DNA from: Eledone cirrhosa
Taxonomy: Eukaryota
Length of the DNA: 64,000 bases
NCBI GenBank assembly: GCA_964016885.1
Contig: OZ024742.1
Span: forward strand, 230,826,001-230,890,000
Reading direction: 5' to 3'
Part shown: positions 11,930 to 25,392 of the stretch, in pieces
Numbering within the stretch: position 1 is the first letter of the stretch
Layout: each line of letters begins with the position of its first letter
Notes under the pieces: generated by a model
What the model was told of the DNA's origin: nothing
The model's database searches: none
What the model saw: only the letters and a program-made list of their open reading frames with translations
Position numbers and translations under genes: made by a program

Positions 11930-14803
11930 AGACATAGAAATTTTAACAAACTATAAAGTAGGTGAACATGTTAAACAAACTAAACTTAGAAAATTGAAAA
12001 GAAAATACAGTATAAAATCAACAAGTGACATAAACATGCTGATAGAAATAATCAAGCAAAAGGTGTCGGCCAAAGCTGCTCGTATAAGGTGCTTTGAAAA
12101 ACGATCTAGATTCTATAAGGACAATAATATGTTCAAAAACAACCAAAGAAACTTCTACAGAAAAATTGGCAAATGTAGAAACTCATCGTATATATATATA
12201 TACGATATATACAACAATAACTGCTAAATCAATACCACCCAAGGAGGCAGTGCAAGAATTCTGGATAAAGATCTGGGTCGAAGAAAAAGTCCATAATATA
12301 ATGCCCCATGGATAGACAGACAAATGAAAGATACAGCTCACCCTGAGGAACAAATATGGGAAAATATAACAGTTGAACAGTTGCGTTTCGCTCTTAGAAA
12401 AACCAGCAAATGGAAATCCCCAGGAAAAGAGAAAATACCAAATTTTTGGATAAATGCCTTCACAGAGTTTCATGAGCTGTTAGCCCAACTTTACAATGAA
12501 ATAGTTAAGGAGCCAGAAAAGATACCACCATGGCTAGTTAACGGCATTACATTCCTGCTTCCGAAGAATGATGAGACAAACAATCCCAAAAATTACAGAC
12601 CGATAACTTGCTTGACCACAATGTATAAAATTTTAACATCAGTCCTAACTGAATATACATATGACCACCTGATAACAAATAATCTATTTCCCAATGAGCA
12701 GAAAGGGTGTAAACGAGGCTCATATGGCTGTAAAGATCAGCTTTTGATTAACAAAATGATACTGGAAGATTGTCATAATAAACACAAAAATCTATCAATT
12801 GCTTGGATAGATTATAAAAAAACATTCGATAGTTTGCCACACAGTTGAAAAATGTTTAGAGATTTTCAAAATATCTCCCGTTGTCAGGAGGTTCCTGTCA
12901 TTCCGTATCAAGACATGGAAAACGACACTCCTTTTGAATAGTGAAAGAAAATCATTGGAAGCTGGAGAAGTTAATATTAATTGTGGAATTGTTCAGGGTG
13001 ACTCTTTATCACCGCTTTTATTCTGCATCGCTCTTATACCATTCAGTAACATTCTCAATGAAACAAACATGGATATAAAGTCTATGACAAAACTATTAAT
13101 CACTTGTTCTACATGGATGACCTGAAACTATTTGCAAAAAATGATGAAGGGCTATTATCCACAGTGGAGCAGTTCAGTGATGACATTAAAATGGAGTTTG
13201 GACTAGATAAATGCGCCAAAGCAACGTTCACCAGAGGAAAGCTGCTGAAAAGTTCAGACATTAATCTTGATCGGGGGAATGTGATAAGAGAACTTGATCA
13301 AGAGGAAGCTTACAAATATCTAGGTGTTTGTGAAGGAGACGGAATCAAGCACTCGACAATGAGGGAAAGGATAAGGAAGGAATGTTACCGTAGAGTAAGT
13401 GCAATCTTAAGAACGGAATTGAATGCAAGGAATAGGATCGATGCCATAAACACGCTTGCCATACCAGTAGTAACCTACAGTTACAATGTCATCAACTGGT
13501 CAAGCATAGAGATCCGTAGGCTCGATACAAAAATTCGAAAATTCTTAACCATGCACAGAATGCATCACCCTAAGGCAGATACAGATAGAATATATCTCCC
13601 TAGGAAAGAAGGAGGACGTGGGTTAATCCAGTTAGATATTGCCTTGAAGTTGAAAACTGCAACAATTGGAGTATCTACATGTCTTAGGGAATCACATGAT
13701 TGGATGATCAAACTCGTTTTGAAACACGAAAGCATCAAAAGATCATATTCCATTACAAAAGATGCACAAAGATACAGTAATGGACTACAAATTTCAGAAG
13801 TCCCATTTACTGCTGAAATGAAAAACACAGAAAAATAAAGCAGGTAAAAGTAACTGCAAAGAAAGAACTGCTACAGAAACTGGTTAAGAAATTGCAAGAA
13901 AAGCCTCTGTATGGAAAATACCCAGAAAGAGCTAACAATCTTGATGTTGACAAAACTTTAACCCATCAGTGGTTGGCATCCTCTGGACTGAAATCGGAGA
14001 CTGAAGGACTGATTATATCAGCACAAGATCAGTGTCTGCCAACAAAAAATTACCAAGCCAACATAATAAAAAAAATGGATGCAACCCATTATGCCGTGTA
14101 TGTAAAAAACAACCAGGGACCGTTGATCATATAATTTCAATGTGCAGCCCTATAGCTCCAACCAAATACCTAAACAGGCATGACAGAGCTGCACAATACA
14201 TACATTGGATAATGTGTAAGCATTTTGACCTGCCACATCAAAAGAATTGGTGGGAGTATCAACCATCTCCCATACTTGAAAAAGATCACATCTCAATCTT
14301 GTGAAACTTTAGCATCCAAACAGACAGAAAAATAGATGCAAATAGACCTGATATAATACTGAAGGACTTTAAAAAGAGGGTATGCCTGCTAATTGATATG
14401 TCCGTTCCAATAGACAAGAATGTATCTATAAAAACATTTGAAAAATTGAGCAAGTATAAGGACCTGGAGATAGAAATTGGAAAAATGTGGAAATTGAGAA
14501 CTAAAACAATACCAGTGGTTGTAGGCGCTCTAGAAATGATACCTAAGGGGTCTAATGATTACTTATCGCAAATCCCAGGAAACCCGCGTATAGGAGAAAT
14601 ACAAAAGATCGTACTAATGGGAACTGCCCATATACGAAGGAAGATTCTGTCAATATCAGTACATCACAAGTCTAAACACCTAAAGATGCATGTGTGTGTA
14701 TGTATGTTCTTTCTTGAACATGGCGGACCTTGTTGTCTCTTGAGGTCACTGGTTGTGACTTGGTGATAACTCGTATGAACATAAAGCAAGATAAATGCAA
14801 CTG
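11930..14803 (+). pseudogene. 5'-truncated Dong/R4-clade LINE: RT, CCHC knuckle, restriction-like endonuclease; frameshifted
   Basis: NYRPITCL, EQKGC, QGDSLSP, YMDD, CRVC..HIISMC, NRPDII..IDMSVP..KLSKYKDL, PVVVGAL; (AAT)n at both ends. Confidence 0.9.
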
Positions 14804-14821
14804 TAATAATAATAATAATAA

Positions 14822-16250
14822 TGGTTTCTTTATTGGCCACAAGGGCTGACACGAAAAAAAACATTAGAGACGGCACAGAACAGTACAGGACCATACAAAG
14901 TGGGTTTGGGTCGTGTAAACAGGTTATAACAAAATCGGGCTAGAAATCCAAAGAAATTCAAACAACAAAAATTCCCCAAGAGGGGGGAAACCTCCGAGGG
15001 TCACTCGTGGTGAAAACTACACAAAAGAGCACGGCCACCCTGACCACCAGGGCAAGCGCCCTCTCTCACTTTTCCCACTCCTCAGTCTACAGGCGTATAC
15101 TCAGTGCGGGCCCGTTCACTCGGACCAGACTCGCCACTTTCACCCACCTTTCAACAAACTTACTAGAAGACAGCATTTGCCTCTCCACCTTGATTTTCCT
15201 CTTCAAGTGAAACTTGAAAAAGTTAATCAGGGATTGGCCGGAGAGGAAAGTGTCCGTCTTCAACCCTTTCAACCTTTTCCACCACACAATCTCTTTCGCC
15301 ATGGCCACCAGGCAGTTTTCAACTGCCTGCCCTGCCTCCTCTTTAAGGGAGGATGGCGGGGCAATCTGCACAATGGACTCACTCGATAACTGGATCCGTC
15401 CTACACGCGACAGCAGCTGTTCGACATAGTTCCACAAGTCAGCAATCCTTGGGGACTGATCGAGTGCGTGCATCTCGGACAGGCTCGGCTGAGAGCACCT
15501 CCATGCCTGCAGAGCTTATCCCGAGCCGGCAACGCCTCTCGGTAGCACTGCCAGGCCAGGGATTTCTGGAAGTTGTCCATAGGCCCCGGTCTGAAAGTTC
15601 TCTTTAAGAGAGCGAACAGCTGATCGTCTTCGACGCCCAGGGTCTCTCCGAGAACGTTGTCGCTCTTTCCCTCCACTAGCCCTCTATAGAACGCCGAGGT
15701 AGATGTTCCACCGATACTATTGCCCAGCTGGAGAGGGCGGTGAGCGCTTGGAGACATTCCAGCTTCCAAGCGCTATCCCTCGTCTTTTCCTGATCCAGGA
15801 CAGCAGCTCCGTCAAGGAGACGAGCTGGGGAAAAGCGCGTCTGGCAAACGGCGTACACACCCGTTCACCGTCAAGGAAGCACCAGAAATGTCGCAGCCTC
15901 AGCGCATGTTTGCGCATCATCAGCCACGGCATGCCTAGTCCTCCACGCAACGCGTGTGACATGACAGCAAATGGATCGTCTGAACATGGGAGCACGTCCC
16001 TTCCACAAAAAGCGGAAGAGAAGGCACTCCATTTTGGTCAGAATTGGGCTGGCGAAGGGTACGACGGTCGGGCGGTAGCAGATGACGGATCCTATGTACG
16101 CATTCGCCACCCCCGTCCGACCTTTCAGAGACAGCCTCCTCTCGGCCCATTTCTGGGTGAGAGAGGCCACCCTGCTCGTCACTTCGCTCCAGTTTTTCTC
16201 CATCTGGAGGTCCGGACCAAACCAGATCCCGAACAATTTGACCTGTTGTA
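14822..16250 (-). pseudogene. Tx1/L1-group LINE, 3' part of ORF2 plus 3' UTR
   Basis: FGIWFG, WAERRLSLKGR, GGLGMP, CPRC zinc-knuckle region; GC-rich; ends aataaagaaaccat(tat)n. Confidence 0.8.
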
Positions 16251-16399
16251 GAGCGAGTAGAGATGATATCCCGTTTGCATAGGCACATAAAAGCCTTGCG
16301 AAAGTATGGTACACTGTACCAAGTCATACTCGATTGCAAGTGACAGCATATACATATGTGTGTGTGTGGGTGTCTATGTGTGGGTGTGTATATGTGGGT

Positions 16400-16499
<100 letters not shown>

Positions 16500-17024
16500 A
16501 CGTTTATGTATGTGTCTCAGTTTATCTGCCTTATCAAAAGAGATGAATAAAATAAGGACTAAGGTTGATATGATTGAGTAAATTAAAGCGGTACCTCAGT
16601 GTGGCTGCAGTGTAATAATTGAAATCAGTAAAGCAGTAAATATATTCGCTCATTTCATACAGTTTGGAAAAATATTTATAGGTTGTAACTTCTTAAAGTG
16701 GTCTGTGCCAAACCTCAATGTATGAATTCAACAGCTATTACAAACAGCTATTACAACAGCTATTACATAAAATTTATAAGAACCACATGCTTTATGTGTA
16801 AGGCACCAATGCTTTTTAAATGTTAGTTTACGCAAAGAGTAGTTAGACTTGATCTATACATGGCTGATTGGTTAAACAGATCGCTTTCAAACATTGAGTC
16901 CTAGGTTCTATTCTTGTACGTGTCTTTACCATAGCTTTGAGTCGACGCATGCTTGTGAATGAACTTCGATAGACTCAAACTCTTTGGAAACTAGTAATAT
17001 GAACTGTACTTGTCCAACCTCGTC

Positions 17025-17222
17025 ATAATAATTGTTTCTACTTTTGGCACAAGGCCAGCAATCATCTCAGTGCATTACTGGTACTTTATTTTATCGACCC
17101 CATAATGATGAAAGGCAAAGTTAACCTCGGCAGGATTTGAACTCAGATCGTAAAGGGCCGATATACTCTATACTGCAAAGCATGGCGTCCGACTCTCTAC
17201 TAATACTGCCAATCCACCTCCC
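17025..17222 (-). mobile_element. Family A SINE
   Basis: Full match to consensus. Confidence 0.85.
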
Positions 17223-19311
17223 TCATAATAATATTGTTACACTGATTCGTCTTGTGTATTCCATTTATATTAAGCTACTTCGACGAAGGATCCATTTCAT
17301 CTCTTTTACGACAATGATGTAATTGTTGTCTTTTAAAGTCAATTGCATTGAGCACGCTCGTCGAAGAATTCGAAGCAAACAGACCAACAGTCCCCCCGAC
17401 AATATATGACATACGCAATTGGGGCAATCCTAAATCTATATAAATACAAGCCAATTATACGTTAACTCACGAATAGGATGTTCAGTTGGTTGATCAACTG
17501 AATGCTCGTCGTCTAAACTGACGGATAACCCATCATTAACTTTATAAAAAGTTATATCAACACACATATTTATAGACCTTGTATGCTTCTGAGAAAAATT
17601 GTATTGAACATTAGTGTGAAAAAAAGTATTTTACATTTTTCTCTGTTTACGATAGCTTTATATAAATTTATATGGTTTTCATTATAAATTCCTCTAAATT
17701 TATTAGTTTTGTGTTAAACAAATGACAATATAATTTATTCATTGAGAAATGTTATTTATTACCTCAAATATTTCTGTAATTTATTATTTCTGTGTTAACT
17801 TAAACAACGGAGTAGATCATCATATCTGACCAGAAATTGTGTTTACATTGGTTATCCTGTTGCTCATACTACCTGCCCATGTCAGAAGAGGCACCGCTTT
17901 TCAAAAGAAATGATTTAAACTCACAGCTTTCACAGCTGATACAGATTTCGCAAAGCATCTTGTCGGCATCTTTCACAATGCCGCCATTCCATTGCTTCAC
18001 GGATAGGTATTTTATTTATTAAGCCCGAGAGGATAAAAGGCAGTGTTGACTCCGCTGTGGTTTGAATAGAGACCGCATAACACCGGAAGAGATGCAGCAA
18101 TGCATCTCGTTTGTGGATTTAATAATACTGCCAATCCGAGTTCATGCCAGGACAGGTATTATATTTATCGAACCCTAAAAGATGAATAGCAAATCAATGT
18201 CTAATATTTAGAAAAGTTATATTATCACATGTATTTGTAAACTTGTGTATTTCAGAGAAAATCTTTATTGAACCATTTTGGGTGCAGAAACTATTATATA
18301 CTGTTTTCTGTTTAGGATAAATATATAAATACACTTGGTTTCCACTATACATTTCCCAAACTTTATTAGTTTCCTTTTTTTTTTTTATTTATTAAACAAA
18401 CATCAATAATATTTATTCACTGAGAAAAATTATTTATTACCTCAAATATTTTACTAGTTTAATACTTCTTTTGTGTTAACTTCAAATCTATATTTGTTTC
18501 TCTTAAAATATGATCTACCCTTTCATATTATCAGGTATGATTCAAATATATCGATATGAATGTAAAGCCGCAGTATCTTCCTTCATTCTCTCTCCGTCTC
18601 TCTCTATGTTTCTCTCTCTATATATATATAAAGAGTGAGAGATAGACGAAACAATATATATGTGTATGTATCATAGATTTAATGTCAGTATAACTTCAAG
18701 CTTAAATCCTAATTTTCACTGTGGTAAAGAAACAAATCTAAACACATTCTGTTGTTTTGGTAGAGAGAAAAACACAAGAGATTACATTCAAAGCTTTCAC
18801 GGGTAATTGGCTATTTATCAGTAGATTGTTGTTGTTTGGGTACCGAAATACTTAGTAGAGTCTGGGGGCGCCACAGTGACATGCTTGGAGATTTTAAGCA
18901 TGGTGGAGCCCATCCCTCTCTGAAAGTTGATTTCTTTCAAATAAGATGAGAGCACTATAGAGGAAGTGAAAAAGATATACAGAGGAGGAATCGAGCCCAG
19001 TACAGGACTGGTACTTTTTTTATCGGCTTTGTAAGGATAAAAGGTAATGTTGACCTCGACTAAATTTGAACTCAGAACGCAGATAACCGGATCGAATATC
19101 GGAAATCAATCTATCGGACGTTCTAATGACTCTACCAATTTGCCACTAATCTGAATATAAGTAACCTTATATTTCTAATACGAAATGTATTTATAGCGAA
19201 TCGCTATTTATACCAAACATACATGATATGGCCAGCATAATTTGAAATAACGAGTATTATTTAGTCACATAATTTAGTCACATATTATTTATGCATGGAA
19301 TTAATTAATTA

Positions 19312-19434
19312 CCGTATTTCCCGGCGCCGAAGACGCTTCGTCCTCGAGATCGCACCCTAATTTTGTCAACAAAAAATTTTAAATAATGAACAACCTTCGG
19401 CCTCCAAGACGCAAAGTAGTTACGGGAAATACGG
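19312..19434. mobile_element. Tc1/mariner-type MITE
   Basis: TIR ccgtatttcccg/cgggaaatacgg with TA on both sides. Confidence 0.75.
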
Positions 19435-19514
19435 TATATATATATACATTTATGCACAGGATTAATTAAACAATATATAATTATGCACGTTATTAAATAA
19501 TATATATATATATA

Positions 19515-19990
19515 TATCAAAATGAAAATCTGAAGGCAAGGTAAAATTCCAATCATTTTAATCACGACACATGTTTCAATAAGAGATAGATCGATCGTAA
19601 GCCATGATCAATTATCACGGATCTCATCAGGTAAAAATGAATTGTCTTCAAATTCTTGATATGAGGGAGAAAATTAGCAATGTTCACTCACAGAGTTTAT
19701 TCCCTCATATGAGGGAAACATATAAACATATCAAGAATTTGAAGACAATTCATTTTCACCTGATGAGATCAGTGATAATTGATCATGGCTTTACGATCGA
19801 TCTATCTCTTATTGAAACATGTGTCGTGATTAAAATGATTGGAGTTTTACCTTGCACTCAGATTTTCATTTTGATACTTATACTCCGTTTTACATCATCT
19901 AGCTGTCCCCTTGAGTGGAATTGGAGATATACAAAAGCGTGGAGAACTTAATATTGCTAACATAAATTTATTGGACTGTTTTACACAACC
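19515..19990 (+). mobile_element. Fold-back HHR element (arms 19515-19663 / 19727-19876)
   Basis: About 150-bp inverted repeat, an HHR in each arm, tail atactcc..ttgagtg, (TA)n flanks. Confidence 0.7.
19756..19829 (+). ncRNA. Type I HHR motif (mirror copy 19562-19634, minus)
   Basis: tcac CTGATGA ..long insert.. GAAA catgt GTC gtga. Confidence 0.55.
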
Positions 19991-20018
19991 AATAATACAC
20001 CTTACTATATAACAACTC

Positions 20019-20094
<76 letters not shown>

Positions 20095-20107
20095 ATATAT
20101 ATTTATA

Positions 20108-20180
<73 letters not shown>

Positions 20181-20182
<2 letters not shown>

Positions 20183-20300
20183 GATGCCCTAAGGACAGAC
20201 ACTGGTCTCTTGGAGACGCAGGACATGGCAGCGATAATGAGGGACAGAGACCGCTGGAGGGAACTCGTCCATGGATCTCGGGAATTTTACCCGCCTTGGA
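20181..20300 (+). mobile_element. 3'-terminal fragment of the same RTE LINE as 1028-1671
   Basis: [29 protein letters not shown] embedded in (TA)n. Confidence 0.85.
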
Positions 20301-20301
20301 C

Positions 20302-20344
<43 letters not shown>

Positions 20345-20481
20345 ATGTGATGTGCGTGTGTGCTTTTGACAAATATTAATATAGATCCTGTCTATGTAGT
20401 TTAAATGTCGGTATTGTTTCGTGTAGGACCATGATATTTTTTATGAAAATTATATATTTAAAGTAAACTATTAGAGAAGAA

Positions 20482-21064
20482 GATAAGTATGTATACGCAC
20501 ATATATATATGTATACAGACATACAGTAGTATGTATATATATATATACATACATGCACACATATATATATGTACGTATGGATTCACCGAACATTTATTAT
20601 AATGCTCGGTGTGTTTGTAAACAAACATCCCGAATTAAGCCGTACAGTGTCTACCCCGAATAACTCACTCGATATGCAAATTAGGCTGTTCAACCGTTAA
20701 TATGCATAAGGAAAGTATATACTTTCAGACGTTCAATCATCTGGCAGGAAGGTATACGTTGCTGACGATAGCTAATAAGCTTGAAACTAGTAGAGCGTTC
20801 CTTTGTCAGTGTTGAACAAATGAGCAACGATGGTTGCTAGACACTGTACGGCTTAATTCGGGATGTTTGTTTTCAAACACACCGAGCATTATAATAAATG
20901 TTCGGTGAATCCATACGTACATATATATATGTGTGCATGTATTTATATATATATACATACTACTGTATGTCTGTATACATATATGTATGTGCGTATACAT
21001 ACTTATATTTAAGTAACAGCCGTACTAAGAGTGGGAAATGAAATTTCGTTTCATTTTTTCCGTT
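20482..21064 (+). mobile_element. Non-coding HHR retroelement with inverted 5' arm and 13-bp TSD
   Basis: Inverted arms 20483-20653/20838-21006; HHR 20756-20798; tattagagaagaa at 20469-20481 and 21065-21077. Confidence 0.8.
20756..20798 (+). ncRNA. Minimal type I HHR
   Basis: acgttg CTGACGA tagct aata agctt GAAA ctag TA gagcgt (one stem I mismatch). Confidence 0.7.
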
Positions 21065-21101
21065 TATTAGAGAAGAATTATTAATATATATGCCAAGCTT
21101 T

Positions 21102-21201
<100 letters not shown>

Positions 21202-21216
21202 AATATATATATAAAT

Positions 21217-21284
<68 letters not shown>

Positions 21285-21602
21285 GACAGAAGTAGATAAG
21301 TGGTTGACATTTATGAACAGTTCTCCCTGACATAATTTTGTTCTAATATCTGTTTTATCCAACCGTTATACCACCATATGATACATTATTGACATTTAAA
21401 CTGCCGTGTGAAGATGTAAATATCAACATAATAAGGACTTTTGAATTAATATTATATTGTTTTCTGCTACATTTTAATTGTTTTATAAGTGGGTCATCTT
21501 AGTCGTCTTTCATTTCGTCTTCATCTTTTAGTCATAGACACTCTAAACACTACTAGTATCATAGCTATGTAGAACAAGCATGTTTGCATCTTATTATTTG
21601 AT

Positions 21603-21790
21603 AGGGATTGGCAGTATCGGTAGAGGGTCGGACGCCATGCTTTGACGCATTGAGTTACGGCCCTTGCCATTCTGAGTTCAAATCCCGCCGAGGTTAACTT
21701 TGCCTTTCATCCTTACAGAGTCGATAAAATAAAGTACCAGTAATGCACTGGGTATTTGCTGTCCTTGTGCCAAAAAGTAGAAACAATTAT
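21603..21790 (+). mobile_element. Family A SINE
   Basis: Full match. Confidence 0.85.
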
Positions 21791-21829
21791 TATTTGACTA
21801 TTCAGTGTTTCGTCAATTGGCTATTCAAT

Positions 21830-22115
21830 ATTTCGATCAACTGAACGTTAGACTTGTGAATTAACATATAACTCGTTGAACGTTCCATAGACATGTAAGC
21901 CGTTAATGTAAATCCCAGGTAGAATCAGTGAGACAAAGGATATGACAGGTCTATGCATTTGAGTTACAGGTGAAATCCATACAGTTTCTTTCTACTTGAT
22001 TTCAAAAACAAGGTTTGTGTGAACTCGAAGCAATGGTAAAGACACTTTCCCAATATGCCTCACAATGCGACACATCCTTGACCTAATGATTATGAAGGGA
22101 AGGTTCCAGCCACGC
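21830..22115 (-). mobile_element. Decayed CORE-type SINE
   Basis: atggtaaagacactttcccaatatgcc resembles the reverse CORE box; similar to 58780-59105. Confidence 0.45.
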
Positions 22116-23758
22116 ATCCATTTTCTAACTCAATAGACTTATGCATTATATCTATACAATCATATGGTTTATCAACGTTGGCTACGAGGCCCAGAGTTTT
22201 ACGAAGACTTCTGCTGGATAAGGTGCTTTTTTGTAAAATTTAATAAGTATATATTATCTTTTGCGTATAAATAAATTCCGACTTCTAAAGCATGTTTTGC
22301 TTTATTTAATACCTTATTGAAATTAGGTAGGCGGAATTTTGTCTGCAAAATATAGGCATGGGTTAAGTAATCTTTGAAAGAAAAACTTATGTGGGTTCTG
22401 CAACAAGATATATTTGAAAAGAACTGCTTTGGGCTAGAATCTTTCTGCTTTGCTATAATAAAGTGACAAGTAAACTTTCATTACAATTCTGTTTCGATGT
22501 ATATCTATTATAGTTACATGTTTTTGCTTAACTTTGCCATTTCTTATGTAATCAAGGATAAATTACTAAAAGCAGAACTTATCCTGTTAAGAGTGTGTTC
22601 TTACCTTTTTGTTCACGGAGGTGGGTGGGGGCAGAGTTTCATTCTTGAAAGAACCTCATTCAGTATTGCATAGGCCTACCAATTTCATTAATGTACATGT
22701 TTTAAGTAAATATCACACTTTAAAAGAACATTAATGCAATGAACGCTGGAGTAATGAAATAAGTTTTTTTCTTTTTCGAAGAATTACGAAGACGTACTGG
22801 AAGGTGTGTTTTCTGTGAGTCATTTTAACTATTGGTGATATATGCTTGATCTCTCTCTGTAATGAAAATTTGTGGATGGCAGAGCAGACTGGATGAGTGA
22901 AAATTTTGACATCAAATAAGATTGACGAGATATAAACGTTGAATACATTAATTCCCTTCATTCTGCCATTTTGTTGTCCTCACTTGGTGAAATACATTAA
23001 TGTTAATGCCAACGCGACTGTTATCATTCTCGACCGAGCTAGTCGTATAACACAGTTTACGAAAGTTCACACAAATTTTCCATTGGAAAAATGCCAAATG
23101 TTTTTACTGCCAGATTTTCTGTGAAGAACACTTTTATATAATAAAATTGCTTTAATCTCAAAAGTTAAAATTTTTTAAGTGTTAAATTCCATTTATATGG
23201 GAGACTGCTTTAATGTTTGATTTAAGATTTTTGTTATTGTTTTTTGTTTTCTTTTGTGATTTTCATCTTGCCATTCTATTTATTTTACTTTATATAATTT
23301 ATTCAGATAAAATACTTCAGTAAAAATCTATAAAGCTTCCCCTATAATTTCACTATATAATTGCTTTCATTTCGTAAGTAAATACAATTGTTAAATATAT
23401 CTGTCATAGAGATGATAAAAGAGCTTTCATCATCTTTACTTTAACACAAAATAAGGTCATGAGAATTTATCACTTCTTCAAAGAGAAAACCTGGGCAAAG
23501 AAAAAAGGAGTGTGGTTTATTATATAACTTCTCTCCATTCGAGATTGTATTTCACTATAACAAAAAGGCGTATTAGAAAAAATAATATATATTGCTTACA
23601 TAATCTTTTCGTTCAGAACGAAGATTTCATTTTTTATTATAATTATGAGTCAACAAGATTGTTTAAAATTGATGCACAAAAGTAAAAGAATATTTTTCAA
23701 AGGAGCATATTAGTAACACATTGAACTTTTCAAGATAATGTCTTTTTGGTATTTCATA

Positions 23759-23846
<88 letters not shown>

Positions 23847-24059
23847 GGTGAAAACTTGCCAAGCCAATTATCAGCGGGGTCTTCATACACAGCCTCATTT
23901 ATGTTGCTGCCACTATAAAATGCACTCGATAGAGTGTAGAATTATATGTCGCATCCACCTACCCCACCTGGTGGTCAGTCTCTCCACATCAGTACAGACA
24001 GGTCTGTGACGACACACCAAACACTTTCTTGTAGAGAAAACGGACATTCAACGATCATG

Positions 24060-24178
24060 ATATGTATGTGTGTGCGTATATGTATATGTCTGCGTATATG
24101 TATGTGTCTGCGTATATGTATGTGTCTGCGTATATGTATGTGTCTGCGTATATGTATGTGTCTGCGTATATGTATGTG
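24060..24178. repeat. 18-bp tandem repeat tatatgtatgtgtctgcg
   Basis: Direct reading. Confidence 0.85.
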
Positions 24179-24897
24179 TTATGTAGATAGTGAACGAATA
24201 AGAAAACAAAAAGAAAACAAAATATTGTAAAAATCGAATTTAACACCCAGGGGAAGAGAAAAAGGCGTTAATTATGATATTTCAGACGTTTTTCTGGGGA
24301 AATTCAAAAGCGAAATATATATCTACATTTATGTAAATATAAATTAGCGAGAATCGCATTTCGGCTATTGGAAATTAGCGAAAAACAACTTCCGAGATGT
24401 GTGGCAAGCGCTCCATAGAAACGAGTGAACTAGAGCAATGACATACGTTGAAAGGCCAAACACACTGAGACGATGGTTAAACCATTATCCGCAAAGCATT
24501 TATGTATGATGTATGTATGTTCTTCTGGTTTTATAATTGCACAAATTGTATGTATGTATGTATGCATGTATGGGACCATGGGCCCAGTACTATGTGTCAA
24601 TAATTGTCACAAGTGTAGTGTTTGTACCAGAGTTTTCAAGTCGCTGGCTGGACTAAGTCACACTCGTTCAGCGCATCGGTAGGGGTTCTCCTACATGGAT
24701 ATAAAGTAGTGGCCGTACTCGAAAACGAGTTGGCAGCCACCATGTATGTATATGTGTGTATATGTATATTCGTATGTGTATGTGTATACGTGTGTGCATA
24801 TAGATATATGTATATATATATAATGTGTGTGTGTGTGTATGTATGTGTGCGTGTATATTAAATACATATATGTATATAAATATACTTACACAATCCC

Positions 24898-24952
<55 letters not shown>

Positions 24953-24953
24953 C

Positions 24954-25007
<54 letters not shown>

Positions 25008-25133
25008 CGAGAGAGAGACAGAGAGAGCGAGAGAAATGTCAACATGAATGGACTTGTTATTTCTCTCTAAAGACATTTTTTCCCATTCCAACCCGCCCGT
25101 CCCCTCAATCTATCTTATTTCTCATTCTTTATT

Positions 25134-25162
25134 CTGATGAAGGACTAGCGTCCGAAACGTTA
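25134..25162 (+). ncRNA. Minimal HHR core in pLTR-like fragment (25060-25255)
   Basis: CTGATGA aggac tagc gtcc GAAA cgtta; stem I poorly paired; a deleted copy lies at 47555-47700 (-). Confidence 0.55.
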
Positions 25163-25254
25163 CGACCCTCTTCCTGCTATATCAAGCGTTAACGTAATAT
25201 ATCCCTTCCATATACTGTACCGATTGTATTGTTATTTCTGTTTACATTTTACAT

Positions 25255-25392
<138 letters not shown>

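Noticed and set aside
15703-16251. Plus-strand GC-rich ORFs
   Set aside because: Antisense shadows of the Tx1-like ORF2
22681-23118. Minus-strand exon with splice-like borders
   Set aside because: Stop codons in all three frames
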